A DNA stretch of 56,829 nucleotides from a virus (Duplodnaviria; Caudoviricetes): IMG/VR virus record IMGVR_UViG_3300032163_000017, positions 1 to 56,829 of that record, one strand, 5' to 3'. Below, piece after piece: positions 35,107 to 43,211 of the stretch. Under the pieces are notes generated by a model, which worked only from the letters and a program-made list of their open reading frames with translations, was not told where the DNA came from and did no database searches. The position numbers and the translations under genes are program-made. The first letter of the stretch is position 1. The number at the start of each line of letters is the position of its first letter.

Positions 35107-35667
35107 TTAATACCACAAGACCTCATAACTATCAACAAGTTCATCAGCAGCATTATTATTCCATTCTACCTTAACACTTGCCAAAGTCACTCCTGTTGTT
35201 GGATCAACATACAAAGTTTCATCTGTTATTACAATCCCCGTTACGATGGAAGGTTTGGGGGCAGCAGCTGACAGCTGGATAATTGTTGCTGACCAAGCTG
35301 ATTTAATCAACAGTGGCCCATAAACAAGCACCTTTATCTCATATTGAGTTGAAAATAAGAGCCCAATCATCTTAACCTCATTCTCCGAGCTGAAAAATTG
35401 CGTCCACCTCGCTGTCCCATATCTCCTGATTGCCCAACAGAACATCATTGAGTTATCAATTGGGAAACAGTGAGCATAAATCCATGCGTAGGAGAACTCC
35501 GTTCCTGTGTCAGATGCATCAATATGAGGGCGAGGCATCTTTCCACTTCTCAAAGCTGCATTGAGGGAGTCACTGGGAATGACACGATTGTAAAGGTCTT
35601 CAAACAGCTTCTTAGCAGTAGCCTCTGCCTGTTTATCAACCATGATGATGTCAGCGATTGGTTTCAT
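35107..35667 (-). CDS. Tail protein with an FN3 domain, ending in the N-terminal half of a second FN3
   Basis: GLLFSTQYEIKV...SAWS; ends P..VTG...SVKVEW.......DSYEVLWY*. Confidence 0.7.
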   Translation of the reverse strand: MKPIADIIMVDKQAEATAKKLFEDLYNRVIPSDSLNAALRSGKMPRPHIDASDTGTEFSYAWIYAHCFPIDNSMMFCWAIRRYGTARWTQFFSSENEVKMIGLLFSTQYEIKVLVYGPLLIKSAWSATIIQLSAAAPKPSIVTGIVITDETLYVDPTTGVTLASVKVEWNNNAADELVDSYEVLWY

Positions 35668-35675
35668 CTTCCCAT

Positions 35676-37955
35676 CTATCCAGTTGGAGGTGGTTCCAAT
35701 CTTGAATACTGAAGTAATCCACTAAAACTCCACCTCTTTGTTGTTGTCACTTTCATCCCAAGAAAGCTACCTTTATAACCAAGATCAGGAACCCCAAACT
35801 CTTTTCTTTGAAGGGTAAGAGAAGAAAGAGTTTCTGACACATCCCTCCCACTATCCACAGTGTCAATGTAGGGTTCAATCAGTAAGGTGACATCTGTCGC
35901 TGTCAACTTCTTTCCCCAAAGGATACACTTTGCAAAATCTTTCCTGCTTGATGAGTCATCAAAGTCATCATCAGCAGTTTGAAGGATTGAGGTGATGTCT
36001 GTCCCTGCATCATTATCCCCAGAGAATCCATTATAAACAAATCCTGTTGAGGAATGACCAAGATGGAGAGTGTTGATGCCAGCAATCTTTTCTGAGTACC
36101 CACACCTTGCACTCCACCCTGAGATAACAAACCAGAACCTCTTAGGGACGTAGTAAGCAAGGATGAGGGTAGGGTAGGTGTCTCCTGTTTGAGGAACTCC
36201 CACCAGGATGAATTGGTTGTAGTAAAGCATCCAGCAGGTATGGATGTAAGCTGAGGGGATGTTATCAATGTAATTTTTAATCGATGCCCCTCTTGCAATT
36301 GAGGAGTCACTAATCACCTCTGCATAAGACCCATTCCAGCTGACAACTCCTGCCTTTCCACCATCGAGGAAATAAAACTCATTCTCCCCTGCACAGACAG
36401 CAAGTGGTCCAGCCCCTCCATAGATGCGGCTGATGATATAAGGAGGGATGGAGAGATCTTTAGGGTTGAATTTCCAAACTGAGTTATTCTTCCCAACATA
36501 GACAAAATCGAGAGCAGAGATAACCCATTTGATTGCTGCTCCAAAGTCAGGTTCAAGCTCAAAGAAATCGAGATGATCAAAGATATCATAGCTCTCTTCT
36601 TTGGATACCATCACACCACAGGGGTATTGAGTGCCATCGAGATCGGTAAGATTGGCAAGGATGATAGCTTTATCATGTCGACAGATTACTTTTGGGATGA
36701 AAGGATAGCCTTCAATTTCATCTTGAAGATCACCCATATTTATATCGAGAGTGTTATCGGTATAGATGGTGGTGGAAGCGTCATAGAGGATGGTGAGAAG
36801 ACGCCACTCAGCGGATGTCCCTCCCAATCTATAAATCTTCTTTGAGGCGATTCGGGTTGATCCTGGAACAGGGATCACGGTTAGGTTGACTTTCTTTGCT
36901 GTCACGGTGACAAGAGAAGAGATGACAGATGGGTCACTTTCCCATCCATCCACCGTCATGTATGTCACTCGATACCAATATGTTCCAGTAAGGTTACCTG
37001 CTACTCCAGCATCAACTGGGATAGGGCCTGTTTTTTCAAGCCTCATATAATCAAGAATCATCTGGGCTTGATACCCACCTGCTGCCTGAGCCCTAAATCT
37101 TATCGCTGTGATGTTATTCCAGTTTGGGGCACCTGTTGCTGTAAAGGCACTCTTTCTCAGTTTAAACTCAAACGCAACATTTGGGGCTGAGGTAGCTGTC
37201 CACTCCGCTAATGTATCCAAGTGAAGGGAGTAATAAGCTGCCCAAGTTGGTTCACCCAAATCAAGATAGCAATTGGTGAAAGCTGCATATACCCCTCTGA
37301 TGAAATAAAGTGAGATGTAATCAGAGGTGGAAGAAGCTGATCCATCAGTATGAAGGGTAAGGTTTTTAGCGGTGATGGTCTTACTGGCTGTCATTGCTCC
37401 AGCAACAGTAGAGAGGAATTGAACACACTGACTCCCATAGATTTGATGGATCTTATCATCTGTTGCTGTTCCATTTACCATCGTCCAATCAGTATTCTCT
37501 TCAAAATTCTCAATCAGCTTACAATCCTTTGGGGAGTTAACCCCAATCTCAAAAGGTGTCTCTCCATAACGATAAGCAATCACTTTATTAGTCTGATCAC
37601 AAATAAGAGAAAGGTCATCAAATTGAACAATGGTGCAAAGGTTGGTTGTGGAGAGGCCTGAGTAGCGTTCTGTGAATGTACCAGCAGCTCCAGAGTAGAG
37701 TTTTCCATTAGAGACAGCAAGGTCAAGATTAAGAAGAAGGGTGGGAGCATAATAACCCACCCCATAAACTCCACTTGATCCAGTCAACTCAGTAGAGTTA
37801 TATTTCACCCATCCCTCTCTTGTATCAAGGGAGGTCTTTCTGGGAATCATATTTTGGATGAGTTTGATAACCCCAGGTTGGAGAGAGGTAGAATCATCAT
37901 AGCTGTTCATCCCAATAACGTTTTTGAGTAAGCGAGGGACAATTTTAGGTGGCAC
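35676..37955 (-). CDS. Tail nozzle / tail tubular protein B-like
   Basis: 759 aa, beta-rich; GMN..D...QNM.P.....TREG start typical of podovirus nozzles; internal GTYWYRVTY..ES.PS module. Confidence 0.7.
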   Translation of the reverse strand: MPPKIVPRLLKNVIGMNSYDDSTSLQPGVIKLIQNMIPRKTSLDTREGWVKYNSTELTGSSGVYGVGYYAPTLLLNLDLAVSNGKLYSGAAGTFTERYSGLSTTNLCTIVQFDDLSLICDQTNKVIAYRYGETPFEIGVNSPKDCKLIENFEENTDWTMVNGTATDDKIHQIYGSQCVQFLSTVAGAMTASKTITAKNLTLHTDGSASSTSDYISLYFIRGVYAAFTNCYLDLGEPTWAAYYSLHLDTLAEWTATSAPNVAFEFKLRKSAFTATGAPNWNNITAIRFRAQAAGGYQAQMILDYMRLEKTGPIPVDAGVAGNLTGTYWYRVTYMTVDGWESDPSVISSLVTVTAKKVNLTVIPVPGSTRIASKKIYRLGGTSAEWRLLTILYDASTTIYTDNTLDINMGDLQDEIEGYPFIPKVICRHDKAIILANLTDLDGTQYPCGVMVSKEESYDIFDHLDFFELEPDFGAAIKWVISALDFVYVGKNNSVWKFNPKDLSIPPYIISRIYGGAGPLAVCAGENEFYFLDGGKAGVVSWNGSYAEVISDSSIARGASIKNYIDNIPSAYIHTCWMLYYNQFILVGVPQTGDTYPTLILAYYVPKRFWFVISGWSARCGYSEKIAGINTLHLGHSSTGFVYNGFSGDNDAGTDITSILQTADDDFDDSSSRKDFAKCILWGKKLTATDVTLLIEPYIDTVDSGRDVSETLSSLTLQRKEFGVPDLGYKGSFLGMKVTTTKRWSFSGLLQYSRLEPPPTG

Positions 37956-38766
37956 CCTGTTCTCCTTGGGGGGAAGGTGCTGGTAATCCTACCCCTGCTG
38001 CATACTCCTGATACAAAGCTGCTGCCATCTGAGCATCCCGATTCTTGATTGACCATCTGTAACAAACATAAGGGATGAGATAGCGGTGGAGGGTGGGAGC
38101 AAAGTTTGGAGACACTTTGTCATCATACAGTCCACTATCCATAGCAGAGATTGTTAAAGAGTAACCTCCTGCTCCAATAGTAGCTGGTGTAGCATGAAAG
38201 TTGATTGTTTGGAGGGAGGCAATCAACTCTCTGCATATCCATGTTACTGTACCATCTGTCTGCTTCGTTCCAAGAGTGGTTGACCAAACTGGTTCAGTTA
38301 TAGCATGAGAGGTTCCTCCAATGATGCACTCATACATATAACCATTACCTACAGTTGGTATGATGTAGGTGGAAAGATGTACCCCTGTTGCTGGCCAAAT
38401 CACATAAGCAGTAGCAGCAACCCAACTTGCAAGGGTGATTATGGTTGGGGTGAAATAAAAGTAGAGAGGCTTTCCAGAGATGGTGAAAACTCTCCCAACG
38501 GAATCAAGTGTGAGTTCATCAAGAGGTACCCCATTCTGATTCTCAATCCTGATCGCTTCAATAAACTCCCAAGGGAGATTATAATCCTTATCCCCACTTA
38601 CCACCGTTAAAGGGATGACTTTTGGAAACACCTTCCCTTTGGTGCACATATCTTTGATACCATCATTGATCCAATTATGCACATCAGTTGCATCAGCATA
38701 GGATGAGCCTGCTGTCTTCTCTGCCATTAAGGTACGAGCATCTGTCTCAATCTGTAAGCGATTCAT
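37945..38766 (-). CDS. Head-tail adaptor with inserted W.A.T.Y module
   Basis: WINDG..D....K, YNLP.EF adaptor pattern; insert WVAATAY...MYECIIGGTS...EPVW...DGTVTW. Confidence 0.65.
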   Translation of the reverse strand: MNRLQIETDARTLMAEKTAGSSYADATDVHNWINDGIKDMCTKGKVFPKVIPLTVVSGDKDYNLPWEFIEAIRIENQNGVPLDELTLDSVGRVFTISGKPLYFYFTPTIITLASWVAATAYVIWPATGVHLSTYIIPTVGNGYMYECIIGGTSHAITEPVWSTTLGTKQTDGTVTWICRELIASLQTINFHATPATIGAGGYSLTISAMDSGLYDDKVSPNFAPTLHRYLIPYVCYRWSIKNRDAQMAAALYQEYAAGVGLPAPSPQGEQGAT

Positions 38767-38769
38767 CTT

Positions 38770-39126
38770 TCACTCTCCAATGTCAGCTTGCCAAAATCCC
38801 CCACCCTGTTTCTGCCTTGTTTCAAAAAGGGTTGAGAGTTTCTTCTTTCTCTCTTCTTCCTCTGGAGTAAGTGGCTTTCCTGCAGGACGTTTTGCAATCT
38901 CCATTAGGGATTTGAAGGTTGAGATTGGCTGGGGAGCTTCCTTCCCTTGTTGTTCACCCAATTTCCTTCCAATATCTGCCCACATCCCTGTAACACCTTG
39001 CTCACGGGTAAATTGACCAGTGAGGCCAGGAATCTTTGATCCTTCTCCAAACCCTCCTGCAAATCCTTTTGCGAGGGTACCTACTGCCTGACCACCTTGA
39101 CTGAGTAAACTTGTTATCCAACCCAT
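38770..39126 (-). CDS. Gly-rich amphipathic virion protein (paralog of 24808-25164)
   Basis: MGWITSLLSQGG...KGFAGGFG; W.D.G..LG...GK.A. Confidence 0.65.
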   Translation of the reverse strand: MGWITSLLSQGGQAVGTLAKGFAGGFGEGSKIPGLTGQFTREQGVTGMWADIGRKLGEQQGKEAPQPISTFKSLMEIAKRPAGKPLTPEEEERKKKLSTLFETRQKQGGGFWQADIGE

Positions 39127-39169
39127 CTCTTTCTCCTTTTCTCAAAGCGTGTCAATTGTTGATAAGGTT

Positions 39170-40060
39170 TCATCCAACATCATGTGAAAGGGCAAAATTA
39201 TCGTCACTTGGAATCAGAGGTTCATCTGACACATCCTTAACCCTATCTCGATGTGAATCAAGTTGAAAGTCCTCGTCCTCATATTGAGCAAGTAACACTG
39301 AAAAACGAGCCGCCTGTTTCGCCACTTGTTTATCCCATCCTTGGTTAGGTTGCTGTCGATTTTTCATCTCAAAGCAATCAATCAAAGCTGCAGCTTGGAT
39401 AAGAGGTTCGGGGAGTTTAGGGGAGTCTGAGTCCGCTAATGTAACAGCTCTAATCTTACCATAAATTCTCACAGGGACGACTTGAGTCACTGGAGGGTAA
39501 AGCTCAATTTGAATCGCCCCATCCACCGCTTTCCCTGCATAAGCCCAAAAAATTGGGGAAGAACCAGTAGAGGTGCGGGCAGGGTCGATATTATTGAAAT
39601 AAGATTGACTCTTCTTACCCAATGAGATTTGATAGATTACATTAAAGATGATCCCAAAAGAAGGATCGACAGAGTAAAGTGATTTGAAGATTGAGTAACT
39701 TGTTCCAGCTGCAACCACCCCTCCTGGCCAGTCCTTTAAGGTTACTTCAAGAGGGTTGATGAAGGAGGAGATCTCAAAGAAAGCATCTCCGTAATATACC
39801 TTCATAAATCTCCCAACCATTGAAGAGGTAAAAGCTGTCCCTACTCCTGTAACAACACCACTCGCATCCACCTTAACTGTCCCTGTTGAGTATAAGCCAA
39901 CGGTGTAGATTTGACGCTGGAGTTTAAGCTGTGACCAATCTCTTGAGCATAGCTCTTCATAGCTGGTTTGGATGATTGATTTAACCAAATCGAGATTTAA
40001 CCCAGGAGCATATTTTAAGATGTCATTCGCTATCATGGAAAGTGACATGAGATCCTCCAC
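39170..40060 (-). CDS. Second head-tail adaptor-like protein with fibre-type insertion
   Basis: YSTGTVKV...VTGVGTAFTSSMVGR insert; IELYPP, L.DSD.P.LP. Confidence 0.6.
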   Translation of the reverse strand: MEDLMSLSMIANDILKYAPGLNLDLVKSIIQTSYEELCSRDWSQLKLQRQIYTVGLYSTGTVKVDASGVVTGVGTAFTSSMVGRFMKVYYGDAFFEISSFINPLEVTLKDWPGGVVAAGTSYSIFKSLYSVDPSFGIIFNVIYQISLGKKSQSYFNNIDPARTSTGSSPIFWAYAGKAVDGAIQIELYPPVTQVVPVRIYGKIRAVTLADSDSPKLPEPLIQAAALIDCFEMKNRQQPNQGWDKQVAKQAARFSVLLAQYEDEDFQLDSHRDRVKDVSDEPLIPSDDNFALSHDVG

Positions 40061-40486
40061 TTAGAGTACAGACGCTAACACAATAATTGCTACAATCGAC
40101 CCAATCATCCCAATTGTTTGCCATTTATTTTTCTTCTCAGCTTGATCAGCCAACTTTAAAGCTCGATCAGTTAGCTCTTTCTCTTTTTCAAATGCTTCTT
40201 TATATATCCCAGTCCTCTTTTGCTCAACCTCAATCAGCTTATCTTTAAGATCCAGCTCCCTCTGCATAAGTTCTTTCTCTTTCTCAAGATTCTTAACCTT
40301 ATCTTTAAGCACGTCAACTTGCTGTTTGAGTAAGGGATGCTCTTCTGTAATCCGATAAAGTTTCTGAGCATCATCTTGATCGAAGCAAGTTTGCTGACTT
40401 AAAGCCGCTTTTGCGAAAAGCAAGAACGAGATCATTAGGATCAGTAGGCACAATGATCTCACCCATCTGATACTCAAGCTGTGCAT
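40061..40486 (-). CDS. Spanin-like lysis protein (signal peptide, coiled coil, C-terminal TM)
   Basis: Overlaps the upstream TM/coiled-coil gene in another frame, as in Rz/Rz1 pairs. Confidence 0.5.
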   Translation of the reverse strand: MHSLSIRWVRSLCLLILMISFLLFAKAALSQQTCFDQDDAQKLYRITEEHPLLKQQVDVLKDKVKNLEKEKELMQRELDLKDKLIEVEQKRTGIYKEAFEKEKELTDRALKLADQAEKKNKWQTIGMIGSIVAIIVLASVL

Positions 40487-40736
40487 ATTTATCCTTTAGT
40501 TTTTGGTATTCACCATTCAAGCGAATACGTTCTGCTTTAACTTTTGAGAGTTCTTTCAAAAGAGTACTGCGTTCATTATCTAACCTGGTGACTTCATTCT
40601 CCAGTTCTCTTTGGATGATGGCTTGATCACCAACAATCCAATCTCTTACCATCTTATAACCAGTCCCACCATAAGCAATGGCAAGGAGAGCAAAGAGAGT
40701 AAGAGCTCCAAAGATAATCCACTTCCAAAGTTGCAT
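40371..40736 (-). CDS. i-spanin-like protein
   Basis: N-terminal TM plus coiled coil, downstream of the endolysin. Confidence 0.55.
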   Translation of the reverse strand: MQLWKWIIFGALTLFALLAIAYGGTGYKMVRDWIVGDQAIIQRELENEVTRLDNERSTLLKELSKVKAERIRLNGEYQKLKDKYAQLEYQMGEIIVPTDPNDLVLAFRKSGFKSANLLRSR

Positions 40737-40746
40737 CTTTTACCTC

Positions 40747-40845
40747 TTACCCACCAAAATTAAACCACTTCCCTGTAATCAGTCTACCACAAAGAATCAT
40801 CCCACAAGCAATCCCAAGAACCCAAACAAAAAGATACCAGCCCAT
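40747..40845 (-). CDS. Small TM peptide (32 aa), possible holin/antiholin
   Basis: RBS AAGGAGGTGA; MGWYLFVWVLGIACGMILCG. Confidence 0.55.
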   Translation of the reverse strand: MGWYLFVWVLGIACGMILCGRLITGKWFNFGG

Positions 40846-40858
40846 TTTGCTCACCTCC

Positions 40859-41395
40859 TTAAAGAATCTCTTTCAATCTGTAAATTCTTCTCACATACCC
40901 AATCGTCTCTTTACAATGCTTTCCAGTTACTGAGCAAAGAGAAATTGAAACCTCTTCCCAACTGTCTGAGTTAGCCAGCTTCCTTGCTTTCTGGATATTT
41001 CCCATTCCTGCATTATAACCAGCAAACATAAACTTTCTTCTCTCTCCTGCTTTACAGATGGATTTGAAAAAGTGATCAACAGTTCGATCATACTTAATTC
41101 CACCTTGGATGCTTTCCTCTGGATTCCATCGATTCTTCACTTTTAATTCTATTGCAGTGGCTGGCATGATTTGCATCACTCCAACTGCCCCACACCATGA
41201 GACAGCGTTTGGGTCAAGATTGCTTTCTGCTATTCCTTGAGACTTAAACCATTTCCAATCATCAAAAGGAAAGTAGAATTCTCCCCATCGTTTGAAGGAA
41301 AGATCATATTTTACTGTGTATGCTGCACTCTCACCTGTACAACTAAGCAAAAGCGAGAGCGATAGCAAAAAGACCCAGAAGGATAGAGATCGCAA
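40859..41395 (-). CDS. SLT-domain lytic transglycosylase (endolysin) with lipoprotein-like signal
   Basis: AES catalytic motif, GAVGVMQIMP, AGYNAG, ETIGYV; AAGGAG-7 nt-TTG start gives MRSLSFWVFLLSLSLLLS-C. Confidence 0.88.
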   Translation of the reverse strand: MRSLSFWVFLLSLSLLLSCTGESAAYTVKYDLSFKRWGEFYFPFDDWKWFKSQGIAESNLDPNAVSWCGAVGVMQIMPATAIELKVKNRWNPEESIQGGIKYDRTVDHFFKSICKAGERRKFMFAGYNAGMGNIQKARKLANSDSWEEVSISLCSVTGKHCKETIGYVRRIYRLKEIL

Positions 41396-41528
41396 TAGGG
41401 TTCTCCTTGATGACCACATCTGTGTCAAATGCTTTGAAGTAGTAATTGTCGATCACTTTGTAAGCTCCAAATAAAAGAGCCATAAATAAGATTTTTCTCG
41501 CTGTTGCTGTTATGATAGTCTCAATCAT
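41343..41528 (-). CDS. Two-TM holin-like protein
   Basis: Two hydrophobic helices; RBS GAGGAGG; overlaps the endolysin start. Confidence 0.55.
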   Translation of the reverse strand: MIETIITATARKILFMALLFGAYKVIDNYYFKAFDTDVVIKENPIAISILLGLFAIALAFA

Positions 41529-41687
41529 TTTTTTCCTCCTCTAAAATATCAATAAGCATAGTTGTTTTCTCTTTTGCCTCTTTTAAGAATTGAATCATTG
41601 CCTCCCGATCATTCAATGCCCACTCGTTAACTGCTGAATGGTAAGCTTTACGAATATCCCTAAAAGCAATTTTAATGAGTTCTTCCA

Positions 41688-42080
41688 TCATTTCTTTGTT
41701 TGCTTTTTGATGTCCAACAGTATGCTTATAAGCTTTTCTTGATCCCTTTCTCTCTGCTCATCCCTCTTCTTATTGTCCTCTTTTATCTCAGTTTTGATCT
41801 CTTTTACCTCCTGTTTAATCTCCTTGGTCTCTTGACAGATAATCTCAATAGTTTTCTTATTCTCTTTCTCATTTGCTTTCTGAGCATAGATTTCTTTAAC
41901 AGTCCATGATATAAATATAAGACACAGGATAGTTATTCCAGTAGTAGCCCAAAAGAACCACTTACTATCTAACAGACGATGCCAGAATTTCTTTTCATTT
42001 CTTAAACCCTCAATCTTCTCTTTGATACATTTATGATCTAAACAAAATTCCTTTTTGCCAGTTTCTAAAGTCATTCTCAA
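41688..42080 (-). CDS. Single-TM coiled-coil protein (lysis region)
   Basis: WFFWATTGITILCLIFISW followed by a coiled coil. Confidence 0.6.
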   Translation of the reverse strand: MRMTLETGKKEFCLDHKCIKEKIEGLRNEKKFWHRLLDSKWFFWATTGITILCLIFISWTVKEIYAQKANEKENKKTIEIICQETKEIKQEVKEIKTEIKEDNKKRDEQRERDQEKLISILLDIKKQTKK

Positions 42081-42529
42081 CTCCTTCCTATTGGGATGAC
42101 ATAAAGAGGTTCCTCTTCTATCTGTAATACTCTTTTAACTCTATCATCCTTAAATGCACCTATCATTACAGTTCCCAATCCTAATGAGACAGCCATTAAA
42201 GAGATATTTTGTCCAACATGACCAGCCTCTATTAGCGTATACCGGTACCCTCTCCTCTTTCCATAATGGCTAACCATTCGCTCATAGTTTGCAGCCACAA
42301 CCAAATCCAATGAGGCTTCCTCCACGCATTTCTGACCAAGACAGGCATTACAGAGTTCCTTCTCCTTCTCTGTATCACTAATCACATAAATCTTGAGAGG
42401 ATGAATACCTCCAGCTGATGGTACCTTCGAGGCTGCCCAGAGGAGTTTGTCAATCTCTTCCCTGGTAACCTCCCCCTCTTTGTAATGTCTAACTGACTTC
42501 CTTTGGCTGATCGCTTCTTCCAATGTCAT
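42077..42529 (-). CDS. Nitroreductase family protein (SagB/ThcOx-like)
   Basis: RKSVRHY, PSAGG.HPL, EAGHVGQN, LGLGTV.IGAF.D. Confidence 0.9.
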   Translation of the reverse strand: MTLEEAISQRKSVRHYKEGEVTREEIDKLLWAASKVPSAGGIHPLKIYVISDTEKEKELCNACLGQKCVEEASLDLVVAANYERMVSHYGKRRGYRYTLIEAGHVGQNISLMAVSLGLGTVMIGAFKDDRVKRVLQIEEEPLYVIPIGRS

Positions 42530-43211
42530 TTAAGAACTCATTAAATCTTCCCTTTGTCTTACCCCATCCTGGTATCTCATCAGCTTCCATCCAATCTTTA
42601 GGTTGTTGTCTAAATTGTTCTCTCTTCATTCTCTTGTATGTAAAGTTACGAGAATGATTAATGTGAATAGAAGGAAATGCTGCTTTGTAAGACTCCACTC
42701 CACCAATACGATCTTTTACTGGTACACCTTTTGGTGGTGTAAAACCAAGGGAACGATCATGACCATATTTCTCCTCTTGTTCAAGAGCTTTATGAAAGTG
42801 TCTAAGGAGAAGTTCTCGATAAGCACACATGAGAGATTCATCACTTCCATAATAGGTTAATGCTTGTCCAGTCGCTGCACTAACATACCATTTGTTCACA
42901 TCGAAACAGAATACATCCTCTCTTGAAGGAGTGGCGTTGAAGTGGGAAGGATGATAGAGCACATCATGTTCAACGAGGAAGATGATGTCAGTAGGACACT
43001 CTTCTAATCCCTTTATGGTTTGTTTATAGATAGAGATAATACCACGAGGATGGTTGAGAACAAAATTCGTTCCGAAGTCAATGGGATAGTGAGAGACAGA
43101 GATGATGGGATAGCCATAGAGTTTCATACATCGTTTGAGTTGTTCCTGACACACTATCAAGATGCGTTCCTTACATCTATTGTCAGTGTAGTAGACCAAT
43201 CCTTTATCCAC
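42489..43211 (-). CDS. GT-A-like glycosyltransferase (EHD motif), paralog of the C-terminal half of 43204-44850
   Basis: GLVYYTD, PIISVS, IIFLVEHDVLYHPSHF, ADEIPGWGKT. Confidence 0.7.
   Translation of the reverse strand: MDKGLVYYTDNRCKERILIVCQEQLKRCMKLYGYPIISVSHYPIDFGTNFVLNHPRGIISIYKQTIKGLEECPTDIIFLVEHDVLYHPSHFNATPSREDVFCFDVNKWYVSAATGQALTYYGSDESLMCAYRELLLRHFHKALEQEEKYGHDRSLGFTPPKGVPVKDRIGGVESYKAAFPSIHINHSRNFTYKRMKREQFRQQPKDWMEADEIPGWGKTKGRFNEFLNDIGRSDQPKEVS

Noticed and set aside
33834-35109. Group I intron rejoining the split FN3 gene (exon ends in T, insert starts TAA)
   Set aside because: The gap is fully occupied by a propeller ORF with no room for a ribozyme core, and the downstream half has its own RBS and start
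33027-37955. Diversity-generating retroelement or invertible tail cassette
   Set aside because: No reverse transcriptase, template/variable repeat pair or invertase seen
42077-42529. RiPP (azole) pathway acting on Ser-rich peptides
   Set aside because: No YcaO, E1-like protein or leader peptide; the neighbours are sugar enzymes
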